Source of the DNA: Verrucomicrobiales bacterium | GTDB taxonomy: Bacteria > Verrucomicrobiota > Verrucomicrobiia > Limisphaerales > UBA9464 | NCBI GenBank assembly: GCA_027488845.1 | Contig: JAIYBC010000055.1 | Span: forward strand, 43,191 to 107,190 | Reading direction: 5' to 3' | DNA length: 64,000 nt | Shown here: positions 44,011 through 53,723 of the stretch, piece after piece | Layout: each line of letters begins with the position of its first letter | Numbering within the stretch: the stretch's first letter is position 1 | Program-made: the position numbers and the translations under genes | The notes under the pieces: model-generated | The model's input: the letters and a program-made list of their open reading frames with translations, nothing else | Told to the model about the DNA's origin: nothing | The model's database searches: none

Positions 44011-46457
44011 AGCGGACCCTCCCATTCCATTCCCTGACCTCGTTCGTCGTCGCCGCGCTGCTGGCGGTTCCCCACGGCGTCGTCGCCGCGGCGCCGAAAG
44101 GGCGTCCATCCATCCCCGATTTCACCCGGAACGAGCCCATTCCCGCCGGCGCAAGGCATGACTGGAACCTCGGGCCCACCGGGCTGAGGGGCTGGATGTA
44201 CTGCGACCGGATGGTGACCACCGAGGCGCGGCAGATCTCCGTCACCCGGGTGGAGAAGGGGTCCCCCGCCGAGGGCTCCTTCGTTGTCGGCGACGTTCTC
44301 CTCGGGGTCGGGGGCAAATCGTTCTCCCGCGACCCGCGCACCGAGTTCGGCAAGGCGATCACCGCCGCCGAAACGGAGGCGGGTGGCGGCAATCTGACAG
44401 TGACCCGCTGGCGGGCGGGCAAGACGGAAGAGGTCGTCGTGAAGCTGCCGGTTCTCGGAAGCTATGCGGCCACGGCGCCCTTCGACTGCCCGAAGTCGAA
44501 ACGCATCCTGGATCAGGGGTACAAGGCGTTGGCGGCAAAGGTGGCGAAGCCTCGGTCGCAAGACGATCCCATCGTCCGTTCCATCAATTCGCTGGCCCTT
44601 CTCGCCAGCGGCGACCCCGCCTTTCTCCCGCTGGTCCGGAAGGAGGCGCAGTGGGCGGCCTCCTTCTCCGAAACCTCGATGCAGACCTGGTATTACGGCT
44701 ACGTCATGCTGCTGCTCTCCGAGTATGTCCAGGCCACCGGAGACGTGTCGGTGATGCCGGGCCTGAGGCGTCTCGCGCTGGAAGCCGCCAACGGTCAGAG
44801 CGCCGTGGGTTCCTGGGGACACGGCTTCGCGAAACCCGACGGCCGCCTGGGCGGCTACGGGATGATGAATTCCCCGGGCTTGCCGCTGACCATTTCCCTG
44901 GTCTTGGCGCGCGAGGCCGGCGTGAAGGATCCCGAGCTGCCCCGCGCCATCGAACTCAGCGCCCGCCTGCTGCGGTTCTACATCGGCAAGGGTGCGATCC
45001 CCTACGGCGACCACCACCCTTGGATTGAGAACCACGAGGACAACGGCAAGTGCGGCATGGCCGCCGTCCTCTTCAACCTGCTCGGCGAAGCCGAAGGCGC
45101 GGAGTTCTTCTCCCGTATGGGCGTCGCCTCCCACGGACCCGAGCGCGACACGGGTCACACCGGCAACTTCTTCAACATCCTCTGGGCGATGCCGGGAGTC
45201 GCCCAGTCCGGGCCGGACGCGACGGGAGCCTGGATGCAGGAGTTCGGATCCTGGTACTTCGACCTCGCCCGCCGCTGGGATGGAACGTTCTCCCATCAGG
45301 GTCCTCCGGAACCGGACAACGACAGCTACGAAGGCTGGGACGCGACGGGCGCCTACCTGCTGGCGTACTCGATGCCCTTGAAGAAGATCAACCTGACCGG
45401 CAAACGCCCGGGAATCGTCCCGCGGCTCGACGCCGCCGGGGCCGAGGCGCTCATCCTCGACGGCCGCGGCTGGGACAACAAGGACCGCTACAGCGCCTAC
45501 GACAGACTGGACGAGGCTCAACTTGTGGAGCGTCTCGGCAGCTGGTCGCCGGTGGTCCGCGAGCGGGCCGCGATGGCGTTGGGACGGCGCAAGGAAGTTT
45601 CCATCGAACCCCTCGTGAAGCTGCTCGGGTCCCCGTCCTTGGAGTCCCGCTATGGCGCCTGCCAGGCCCTGACCGCCCTGCGGGGACGAGGGGCGCCGGC
45701 CATCGAAGCCCTGGCTCGGTGTCTCACCGAGAAGGACCTCTGGCTGCGCATCAAGGCCGCAGAGGCGCTCGCGGCGATGGGGCGCCCGGCCATGAAGACG
45801 GTTCCCAGGCTGCTGGAACTGCTGGCCGAGGTGGATCCGAAGGGGGACCCACGCGGCATGCAGCAGCGGTACCTTTCCTTCGCCCTCTTCGACAGTGGCG
45901 GAATGCTGGGACGATCGCTCGAGGGCGTGGACCGCAAGGCGCTCTACGAGGCCGTGCGGGCCGGGCTCAAGAACCAGGACGGACGCGCCCGTGGCAGCAT
46001 CGGATCGGTCTATCGGATCCTTTCGGCCGAGGAGATCCAGCCGCTGCTGCCGGCCATCTACCAGGCGATCGTCGAGCCGGCTCCGAGCGGTGAGATGTTC
46101 GCCGACACCATCCGCGTGGAGGGGCTTCGCCTCTTGGCCAAACATCGGATCGAGGAGGGGATCGACGCCTGCGTGCGATACACGCGCGACCAGAATCCCT
46201 GGGCGAGCGAGCATCGGACGCCGGAATTGATGGAGATCCTCCTCAGCTACGGCACCCACGCCCAGGCGGTGATCCCGGAGCTGACACGGATCGGCAACTA
46301 CTTCGAGAAGGAGGAGAAGGACTTCCCGAGGAACCTGATGCTCCAGAAGGCGAAGAGCGTTCGCGAAACGATACGGGCGATCGAGGCTTCGACGAACACT
46401 CCGGTCCTCGGTCGCATCCGGAAGGACTCCGACCGCGACAAGGAAACGGTCAGGTGA
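44007..46457 (+). CDS. Large secreted protein with a DUF6288-like N-terminal region (PDZ-like insert) and C-terminal HEAT repeats
   Basis: The ATG overlaps the upstream stop as ATGA. The signal peptide is LTSFVVAALLAVPHGVVAAAP. The N-terminal region carries WNLGPTGLRGWMY...VEKGSPAEG. HEAT-like repeats include VRERAAMALG, ESRYGACQALTAL and WLRIKAAEALAAMG. Confidence 0.7.
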   Translation: MKRTLPFHSLTSFVVAALLAVPHGVVAAAPKGRPSIPDFTRNEPIPAGARHDWNLGPTGLRGWMYCDRMVTTEARQISVTRVEKGSPAEGSFVVGDVLLGVGGKSFSRDPRTEFGKAITAAETEAGGGNLTVTRWRAGKTEEVVVKLPVLGSYAATAPFDCPKSKRILDQGYKALAAKVAKPRSQDDPIVRSINSLALLASGDPAFLPLVRKEAQWAASFSETSMQTWYYGYVMLLLSEYVQATGDVSVMPGLRRLALEAANGQSAVGSWGHGFAKPDGRLGGYGMMNSPGLPLTISLVLAREAGVKDPELPRAIELSARLLRFYIGKGAIPYGDHHPWIENHEDNGKCGMAAVLFNLLGEAEGAEFFSRMGVASHGPERDTGHTGNFFNILWAMPGVAQSGPDATGAWMQEFGSWYFDLARRWDGTFSHQGPPEPDNDSYEGWDATGAYLLAYSMPLKKINLTGKRPGIVPRLDAAGAEALILDGRGWDNKDRYSAYDRLDEAQLVERLGSWSPVVRERAAMALGRRKEVSIEPLVKLLGSPSLESRYGACQALTALRGRGAPAIEALARCLTEKDLWLRIKAAEALAAMGRPAMKTVPRLLELLAEVDPKGDPRGMQQRYLSFALFDSGGMLGRSLEGVDRKALYEAVRAGLKNQDGRARGSIGSVYRILSAEEIQPLLPAIYQAIVEPAPSGEMFADTIRVEGLRLLAKHRIEEGIDACVRYTRDQNPWASEHRTPELMEILLSYGTHAQAVIPELTRIGNYFEKEEKDFPRNLMLQKAKSVRETIRAIEASTNTPVLGRIRKDSDRDKETVR

Positions 46458-46501
46458 ACACGGTCTGGGGAACCGACAGGGGAAGCTCCGAAAGGGGGAA
46501 T

Positions 46502-46589
<88 letters not shown>

Positions 46590-46621
46590 CGCCGCGGCCC
46601 GCGGAGAGTGGAGGAACCGCC

Positions 46622-46671
46622 GGGCAGACCGCAACGGGTTTTTGTGACGGGCCTTCCGGCGGTCTGCCCGC
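46622..46671. other. Perfect 11-bp inverted repeat (cgggcagaccg / cggtctgcccg) with a 28-nt loop
   Basis: It was read directly from the sequence. It lies between the stop of the small gene 46677..46943 (-) and tRNA-Ser. It may be a terminator or processing hairpin, but no U-tract follows. Confidence 0.4.
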
Positions 46672-46676
46672 GGGGC

Positions 46677-46943
46677 TCAGTTCTGCGGCGTCCAGGCGCC
46701 AACCGCACCCTTGCCCGGGGCCTTGGCGATGGGTTCGTCGGTCGGATCGCTCAAGGACCGGAGCACGGCTTCCGCACGGGCCGATTGGCCTTCGCCGAGA
46801 TGCCGGAGCGCCGACCGGAAGGCGTCCAAGCGGAAATCCGCGTCGCCCTCCGCCCGGTCGACGCGGTCGAGGAACGCGGCGATCTCGATCAGCTTGCAAC
46901 GGGCGTCCATGAAGTAGAGGTCGAGCACCTGCTGGCGTGTCAT
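46677..46943 (-). CDS. Small hypothetical protein (88 aa)
   Basis: The start is at MTRQQVLDLYFMDARCKLIEIAAFLDRVDRAEG. It is divergent from proC, and its composition is coding-like compared with the upstream part of ORF 46677..47072. Confidence 0.45.
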   Translation of the reverse strand: MTRQQVLDLYFMDARCKLIEIAAFLDRVDRAEGDADFRLDAFRSALRHLGEGQSARAEAVLRSLSDPTDEPIAKAPGKGAVGAWTPQN

Positions 46944-47080
46944 GGGGTCAGGATAGGCCGGGACGGACCGGTTTGGAAGGGGACGCCTTCGCCGTGGGTG
47001 TCGCGGAAGGGGCGGCATGGAATGGCGGCGGGGATTTTCCGGTGTCGCCGACGCGGTGCCGCTGCTAGACACCCCGTGCT

Positions 47081-47890
47081 ATGTCCGGACTCTCCATTGG
47101 ATTCCTCGGTGCAGGGAAGATGGCCACCGCCTTGGGCAAGGGTTTCGTGGCCGCCGGCCTTGTCGGTCCGGACCGCCTGCTCGCCAGCGACCCGATCAAG
47201 GCCGCCCGGGATGCGTTCGCCCGGGACACCGGCGGCAAGGTCAGCAATTCCAACTTCGACATCGTCGCCGCCGCGGACGTCCTTTTCCTCGCGGTGAAGC
47301 CGGATCAGGTCGCCGGGCTTCTCAACGAACTGCGCCCGAACATCGACGTGAAGAAGCACCTGGTGGTCTCGATCGCGGCGGGTGTGACCCTTGCACGCAT
47401 GGAGGCGGCGGCGGCTCCCGGAACGCGGATCGTCCGCGTGATGCCCAACACGCCGGCGCTGGTCGGCGCGAGCGCCTCGGCCTTCGCCACCGGTTCCGCC
47501 GCCACGCGGGCCGACGCCGAGACCGCCCAAAGGCTGCTCGGATCCGTCGGACTCGCCATGGAGGTGAAGGAGAAGCTGCTCGACGCCGTGACCGGTGTCA
47601 GCGGAAGCGGACCGGCCTACGCCTTCATGATGATCGAGGCGTTGGCGGATGGCGGCGTCGCGGCAGGGCTTCCCCGGGACATCGCGCAGCGGTTGGCCGC
47701 CCAGACGTTGCTCGGCGCGGCCAAGATGGTGCTCGAGACCGGTCAGCATCCCGGTGCGCTGAAGGACGCGGTCTGCAGCCCCGGAGGAACCACCATCGAG
47801 GCGGTGCATGAGCTGGAGAAGGGCGGTCTGCGGGCCACCTTGATCTCCGCCGTCCGGGTCGCCTCGGAGAAGGCCGCCCGGCTCGCCTGA
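47081..47890 (+). CDS. proC: Pyrroline-5-carboxylate reductase
   Basis: Supporting motifs are IGFLGAGKMATAL, LAVKPD, RVMPNTPALVG, SGSGPAYAFMMIEALADGGV and SPGGTTIEAV. Confidence 0.9.
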   Translation: MSGLSIGFLGAGKMATALGKGFVAAGLVGPDRLLASDPIKAARDAFARDTGGKVSNSNFDIVAAADVLFLAVKPDQVAGLLNELRPNIDVKKHLVVSIAAGVTLARMEAAAAPGTRIVRVMPNTPALVGASASAFATGSAATRADAETAQRLLGSVGLAMEVKEKLLDAVTGVSGSGPAYAFMMIEALADGGVAAGLPRDIAQRLAAQTLLGAAKMVLETGQHPGALKDAVCSPGGTTIEAVHELEKGGLRATLISAVRVASEKAARLA

Positions 47891-47922
47891 GCCCGGTCCG
47901 CGACCCGACTTCCGCGTTTCCC

Positions 47923-49218
47923 ATGCTTCCTCCACCGACCGAGACCCAGTCCAGGATCCTCTGGTTCGCCTTCACGTCGGTCGCCGTCGCCGCGATCCTG
48001 GCGCTGCTCGGCGGCGTGGTGTGGAGCCTCGGCGTGCTGCTGCGCCTGCTCTCCCCGGTGCTCTGGCCCCTAGCGGTGGCCGGTGTGCTGGCCTACCTGC
48101 TCGATCCCCTGGTCGACCTGCTCGGCCGACGCGGCATCCCCAGGGCCCGGGCCATCCTGCTCGTCTTCGTCACCGCGCTTGCATTGATGGTGGGCGCCTT
48201 GGCCAGCGTCGTTCCCCAGATCTACCGGGAGACCCAGCAGTTCGCGGAACGGGTTCCCGGCTACAGCCAGAAGGTGCAACAGCAGGTCAACTCCTGGGCC
48301 ACCAACCCGCCGGTGCTGGTGCGGAAGGCGCTCGACCTCCGCTCGCGCTTCCTTCCCGGCGCCTTGAAGGACACCAACGCCGCGGCCGCGAACGGCACCG
48401 ACGCGGCGCCGAGGGATTCCTCACCGCACAATTCCGAAGGCGGCCCGGCCATCGATCCTGGGACCCTGAAGTCCGCCACCGCCTGGCTGGCGAACCTCCT
48501 GCCCGAGGCCGGGGCCTGGGCCTTCGGCCAGGTCAGCAAGGTGTCCGGCTGGTTCGGCATCCTCGCCGGCCTCGCGCTGATCCCGGTCTACGCGTTCTAC
48601 TTCCTCCTGGAAAAGGACGGCATCGAACGCCGCTGGACCGACTACCTCCCGGTCCGCCACTCGGAGTTCAAGGACGAGCTGGTGTTCGTGCTCCGGTCCA
48701 TCAACGACTACCTCATCGTCTACTTCCGGAGCCAGGTGCTCGTGGCCCTCTGCGACGGCGTCCTCTACACCATCGGCTTCCTCGTCATCGGGCTGCCCTA
48801 CGCGTTCCTCATCGGGCTCGTGGCCACGGTGATGACCATGATCCCGTTCCTCGGCGCGATCGTCACCTGCGGCGCCGCGGTGGTCATCGGCTTCGCCACC
48901 TCCGGCAGCTGGCAGCTGCCCGCGGGGGCGGTGGTCGTGTTCGCGGTCGTCCAGGTGGTCGAAGGACTCGTCATCTCCCCCAAGATCATGGGCGAACGGG
49001 TCGGCCTCCATCCGCTCACCATCATCATCGCCGTCATGGTCGGAACGAACGTCATGGGCGGCGTCCTCGGAGGCGTGCTCGCCATCCCGCTCACCGCCGC
49101 CCTGAGGGTGCTGATGTTCCGCTATGTCTGGCGCGTGCCGGCAAACGCGGGGAAGGGGGGCGCGAAGGCCGGGACCAAGCCGGCCAAGGGCTCCGCGAAG
49201 CCCGCGGCCGCGCGCTGA
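47923..49218 (+). CDS. AI-2E family (PerM/UPF0118) transporter
   Basis: There are eight TM helices. The family-typical stretch is IPVYAFYFLLEKD...MTMIPFLGAIV...VQVVEGLVISPKIMGERVGLHPLTIII. Confidence 0.85.
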   Translation: MLPPPTETQSRILWFAFTSVAVAAILALLGGVVWSLGVLLRLLSPVLWPLAVAGVLAYLLDPLVDLLGRRGIPRARAILLVFVTALALMVGALASVVPQIYRETQQFAERVPGYSQKVQQQVNSWATNPPVLVRKALDLRSRFLPGALKDTNAAAANGTDAAPRDSSPHNSEGGPAIDPGTLKSATAWLANLLPEAGAWAFGQVSKVSGWFGILAGLALIPVYAFYFLLEKDGIERRWTDYLPVRHSEFKDELVFVLRSINDYLIVYFRSQVLVALCDGVLYTIGFLVIGLPYAFLIGLVATVMTMIPFLGAIVTCGAAVVIGFATSGSWQLPAGAVVVFAVVQVVEGLVISPKIMGERVGLHPLTIIIAVMVGTNVMGGVLGGVLAIPLTAALRVLMFRYVWRVPANAGKGGAKAGTKPAKGSAKPAAAR

Positions 49219-49347
49219 GGTTGAACATCCGTGGGTGTCCGCGAGTCGTTGACCCGGGGAACCCGGCCCGGAATCCGTGATCGTCCCGGAAGGACGATTC
49301 CGTTCCGAACTTCCGTTTGGCTTCCCACCCACCCCATTCCATAGTCC

Positions 49348-52023
49348 ATGTCCATGAAAGTCCGGATGTCGCGCTGGTCCGCCCTGCTGGCCTCGCTGCT
49401 GTCCCTGGCCGTCCTCGCGGACCAGCCCGGGGCCGCAACCAACCCTCCCGTCCACCTGGGGACATCGGACAGCGGGGTCCTGCCCTCGAAGTTCACGGCG
49501 CCCAAGACGCTGGCGCCCGAGGATTCCAACGGCGAGATCGCCAAGCTGGCCGCCCGGATGATCGAGCGCTCCCACTTCCTCCGGCGCGAGTTCGACGACG
49601 GCGTCTCCGAGCAGTTCTTCGAACGCTTCTTCGAGGCGCTCGACCCGCAGAAGCTCTATTTCCTGCAGTCCGACTACGAGGAGTTCCTCCCGCTGAAGAA
49701 GCAGCTGGACGACCTGACGGTCCGCCGCGGCGACACGCGTCCGGCCTATGACGTCTTCAACCGCTACCTGCAGCGCATCGACCAGCAGTACGCCCTGGTG
49801 ATGGAACAGCTGAAGGAGGAGCGCTTCGAGTTCGACCGCGACGTCCGGATCCTGCTGAACCGGAAGGATGCGCCGCGTCCGAAGTCGGTCGATGAGGCCC
49901 GTGGTCTTTGGAAGGAACGTCTGCGGTTCGAATACCTCTCCGAGAAGCTCAGCCGCGACTTCGACAGTCTTTCCACGAACCTGTGGACGAAGCTGACGAC
50001 CGAACCCGATCCGGAGCCCGAGGTGGAGCTCCCGGCGATCCCCGCGGCTGGCGACGCCCCGTCGACGGCCGCGACCAACAAGGTCGCCACCGCCAAGCCG
50101 GTGCCTGCCCCGGCGCCGAAGCCGTTGATGGTGGGTGGCAAGAAGGTGGCCGACCTGCATCTCGCCGGCCTGGAGAAGCGCCTCGGCGAACTGCTCAACA
50201 CCAACCGGGCCGCCGAGTTCGCACGCCTCGCCGAGCAGGGCCGTTTCACCTCCGTCTCCGACGTCCGGGCCTTCGTGGAGAAGAACCTCCCCGAGGACCG
50301 GCACCAGGACATCGTGAAGACCCTCACCCGCCGTTACAACCGGGTGATGCGGAACCTCAAGCAGTTCGAGCCCAAGGAGGTCCTCCAGTTCTACCTCGAC
50401 GCCCTCGCCCACTCCTACGATCCGCATTCCAACTACTTCGGACCGCGTGAGGAGGACGCCTTCGCGATGTCCATGACCCTGTCGTTCGTGGGCATCGGCG
50501 CGGTCCTGACCACCGAGGACGGCTATGCGATGATCAGCGAGATCAAGCCCGGCAGCCCGGCGGAGAAGTCCAAGTCGCTGAAGGCCGGCGACAAGATCGT
50601 CTCCGTGGCGCAGGACCGACAGCCCCCGGTCGACGTGATCGACGAGAAGCTGCAGAAGGTGGTGGAGCAGATCCGCGGGCCGAAGGGCACCAAGGTGACC
50701 CTGACCTACATCCCGAAGGGCGCGGATCCGAGCACCCGGAAGTCGGTGACGATCACCCGGGATACCATCCCGTTGGAGGACCAGGAGGCGAAGGCGAAGC
50801 TGGTGTTGCTGCCCGGCTTGGACGGCAAGACCAACCGCATCGGCGTGATCGACCTTCCCGCCTTCTACAGCGGTGCCATCGGCGGCGGCGGCGCGACCAA
50901 GAGCCCGACCGCGGACGTGGCCAAGCTGCTCCGGAAGCTCATGTCGGAGAACGTCGACGGCGTGGTGCTCGACCTGCGTCGCAACGGCGGCGGTTCCCTC
51001 GAGGAATGCGTCAACCTCACCGGCCTCTTCATCAAGACCGGCCCGGTGGTGCAGGTCGTGAACTCCCTCGGCCAGCACCGCATCCTCGAGGACGAGGATC
51101 CGGACGTGCTCTACGAGGGACCGCTGGTGGTGTTGACCAGCCGCTTCAGCGCCTCGGCTTCCGAGATCCTTGCGGGTGCGCTTCAGGACTACGGCCGCGC
51201 GATCGTGGTGGGTGACAGCGCGACCCACGGAAAGGGAACCGTGCAGAACCTGCAGGCGCTCGATCCCTACTACCGCGGCCAGGGCAAGCCCGGCCAGGTG
51301 AAGGTGACCATCAGCAAGTTCTACCGGCCTTCCGGTTCCTCCACGCAGCTCAAGGGCGTCGTCCCGGACATCGTCCTGCCGAGCGTGAACAACTACGCGG
51401 AGATCGGTGAATCCGCGATGAGCAACGCGCTGCCGTGGAACACCATCAGCCCGGTGCGCTACGACCACTACACCAGGGTCCCCGCGCTGCTTCCCGAGCT
51501 GCGTCGCCGATCGGACGAGCGGGTCGGTGCCGACCGTGACTTCTCCTACATCCGCGAGGACATCGAGCGCTTCCGCAAGCAGCTGGCCGACCGGACGGTT
51601 TCGTTGAACGAGTCGAGCCGGCTGGCCGAGATGCGGGCCGACAAGGAGCGTGCGGCCAAGCGGCGCGAGGAGATCGAATCCCGGAACGAACGGGAACCGC
51701 TCACCTACAAGCTCACCCTGAAGGACGCCGGCAAGCCGGGTCTGCCCGAGCCGGAGAACTCCAAGCCGTTGATCGCGGCGACCAAGCGCGACGAGCGGAC
51801 CCTTCGCAGCGGCGCGGGCCGCGAATCCGCCTCCGCCTCGGAGAACCGCAAGAAGGAGAAGACCGCGGAAGGTGAAGCCGAAGAGGATGCCGAAGAAGAG
51901 GGCGTGGCCGCGGACGTGAACCTCCGCGAGGCCCAGCGCATCCTCATCGACTTCGTGCAGCTGTCGCGCGGCCAGAAGGGGCTCGCCGGCGCGCCGAAGA
52001 CGGTCGATCCGAAGGCCAACTGA
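49348..52023 (+). CDS. prc: Tail-specific (C-terminal processing) protease, S41 family, Prc-like
   Basis: The signal peptide and Prc N-terminal helical domain are present (FFERFFEALDPQKLYFLQSD). The PDZ domain carries IKPGSPAEKSKSLKAGDKI. The S41 core carries GVVLDLRRNGGGSLEE and SRFSASASEILAGALQD. Confidence 0.85.
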   Translation: MSMKVRMSRWSALLASLLSLAVLADQPGAATNPPVHLGTSDSGVLPSKFTAPKTLAPEDSNGEIAKLAARMIERSHFLRREFDDGVSEQFFERFFEALDPQKLYFLQSDYEEFLPLKKQLDDLTVRRGDTRPAYDVFNRYLQRIDQQYALVMEQLKEERFEFDRDVRILLNRKDAPRPKSVDEARGLWKERLRFEYLSEKLSRDFDSLSTNLWTKLTTEPDPEPEVELPAIPAAGDAPSTAATNKVATAKPVPAPAPKPLMVGGKKVADLHLAGLEKRLGELLNTNRAAEFARLAEQGRFTSVSDVRAFVEKNLPEDRHQDIVKTLTRRYNRVMRNLKQFEPKEVLQFYLDALAHSYDPHSNYFGPREEDAFAMSMTLSFVGIGAVLTTEDGYAMISEIKPGSPAEKSKSLKAGDKIVSVAQDRQPPVDVIDEKLQKVVEQIRGPKGTKVTLTYIPKGADPSTRKSVTITRDTIPLEDQEAKAKLVLLPGLDGKTNRIGVIDLPAFYSGAIGGGGATKSPTADVAKLLRKLMSENVDGVVLDLRRNGGGSLEECVNLTGLFIKTGPVVQVVNSLGQHRILEDEDPDVLYEGPLVVLTSRFSASASEILAGALQDYGRAIVVGDSATHGKGTVQNLQALDPYYRGQGKPGQVKVTISKFYRPSGSSTQLKGVVPDIVLPSVNNYAEIGESAMSNALPWNTISPVRYDHYTRVPALLPELRRRSDERVGADRDFSYIREDIERFRKQLADRTVSLNESSRLAEMRADKERAAKRREEIESRNEREPLTYKLTLKDAGKPGLPEPENSKPLIAATKRDERTLRSGAGRESASASENRKKEKTAEGEAEEDAEEEGVAADVNLREAQRILIDFVQLSRGQKGLAGAPKTVDPKAN

Positions 52024-52318
52024 GCCGGATCCACGGAATGGGGCCTAGGAGGGACGGGGACCTCACGCCAATGCGCAAAGGCGCCAACGGGAAGCCGGAT
52101 CCGGATCCGGGGCTGGAATGGGTCAGCCCCGGTTGACGTGACGGTCGCATTTGCTGCAGAGGGACCCGCGTTTCGCCCCTCCGGTTCCTTCGCGGCTTGG
52201 TGTCTTCGCATGAGCCTCACTCCCTCTTGGGGCCGGTTGGGCCCGGAGGCCACGGCGCGCGTGCATTTCTGAAGCGCCCGGGCTTCACTCCGGGTTCCGT
52301 TTCGCATTTCGTCACCTC

Positions 52319-53299
52319 ATGAAACCACGCATCGCATTCGTCGGAGTCGGACGCATGGGGGCCAACATGGCCCGCCGTCTCCAGGAAACCGGATTCCGGG
52401 TCACCGCGGTCTTCGACGCCCGCCGCAAGACCGCCGAAGCCCTCGCCCAGGAACTCGGATGCGAGGCGCCCAAGCGCCTGGCCGACGTCGTGGCCGCCGC
52501 GGACGTGGTGGTTACGGTGGTGACCGACGACGCCGCCATGGAGCGGATCTTCGCCACGAAGGGCGACAGCCTGCTCCGCGGCGCCAAGGACCGTCTCTTC
52601 ATCAACTGCGCCACGGTTTCCCCCGCGGTCCACGTGATGGTGGAGAAACGGGCCCAGGCGGTCGGGGCTTCCTCCCTGGAGGCCTGCATGGCCTCGAGCA
52701 TCACCCAGGCACGTCAGGGGTCGCTCTACCTGATGCTGGGTGGCACCGACGCGGCCTTCGAGCAGGCGAAGCCGGTGTTGGAGCGGCTTGCCTCCTCCAG
52801 CCGCTACATCGGGCCGGCCGGCACCGCGGCGCAGGTGAAGGCGCTGGTCAACATGGTGATGAACATCAACACCGCCGGCCTCGCCGAAGGACTCGGACTC
52901 GGCGCCGCTCTGGGTCTTGATCTCGCGATGCTGCGGGAAGTGTTCTCGCAGACCGGCGCGAACTCGCGGGTGTTGCAGACCGACGGCGAGGACATGCAGA
53001 ACCGCGACCACTCCTGCTTCTTCAGCGCCGCCCACGCGGCCAAGGACTCGGGCATCGCCCTCGGACTGGCGAAGGCCGCGAAGTGCCGGACCCCGCTGGC
53101 CAAGGCCACGTTCGACCAGTATTCCAAGATGGTTGCCTCCGGGTTGGGTGAACTCGACAAGTCGGGTGTCGCCGAACTGACCTTCCCCGGCCGTGGACCC
53201 AAGCCGCCCGCCCGTGCCAAGGCTTCCGCCCGTGCCAAGGCTTCCGCCCCGGCCAGCAAGCCGGCCGCGGCCAAGTCGAAGCCGGCGAAACGCCGCTGA
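52319..53299 (+). CDS. NAD(P)-dependent oxidoreductase of the 3-hydroxyisobutyrate/6-phosphogluconate dehydrogenase family, with a Lys/Ala-rich basic tail
   Basis: Supporting sequence is IAFVGVGRMGANMARRL, GTAAQVKALVNMVM and the HIBADH-type C-domain. The tail PKPPARAKASARAKASAPASKPAAAKSKPAKRR contains an 18-bp tandem duplication (53212-53229 and 53230-53247). Confidence 0.85.
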   Translation: MKPRIAFVGVGRMGANMARRLQETGFRVTAVFDARRKTAEALAQELGCEAPKRLADVVAAADVVVTVVTDDAAMERIFATKGDSLLRGAKDRLFINCATVSPAVHVMVEKRAQAVGASSLEACMASSITQARQGSLYLMLGGTDAAFEQAKPVLERLASSSRYIGPAGTAAQVKALVNMVMNINTAGLAEGLGLGAALGLDLAMLREVFSQTGANSRVLQTDGEDMQNRDHSCFFSAAHAAKDSGIALGLAKAAKCRTPLAKATFDQYSKMVASGLGELDKSGVAELTFPGRGPKPPARAKASARAKASAPASKPAAAKSKPAKRR

Positions 53300-53723
53300 G
53301 CGGAGCCCTTGAGGCTTCCGCAATCGCTTGGGCGCCGGATGCAGGCAGAGGGGACCGGCACGCAAAGAACCGACCCCAACCGATTGGGGTGTTTTGCTGC
53401 AATGAAGCGGCAGTCACCAAACTGTTTACATCGTTCAACGAGTTCGGCGTAAGTGGCTCGCAATCAACGTAACTGTCTTCACTTCATTGGTAGCCGCGAA
53501 GCCGCGGAATCGGAATCCGACAGGTTGCCACCGGCCGGGATTTGGATCCGATGACCCGTTCGCGTCTTGGCATTTTTGCGTGAGGTCCCCTTCGCTCCTT
53601 TTGAATGGTTCAGGCGAAGCGGCGAGCTGGCGCTGGAGCGGGGAACTCGAGCGGAACCGGACGCAGCCTACGGCGGCCGAAGTGCGGGCCTGAGCCGGAG
53701 ACCGGGCCGAATTGGACCTCCGG

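Noticed and set aside
53380-53700. Small ORFs in the AT-rich gap next to truncated prfC: 53487..53693 (+), 53567..53839 (+), 52804..53463 (-) and 53022..53438 (-).
   Set aside because: None has a recognisable motif or a convincing start context. Two of them run antisense into the dehydrogenase gene. I cannot identify a transposase, integrase or toxin fragment here, and I make no ncRNA call either.
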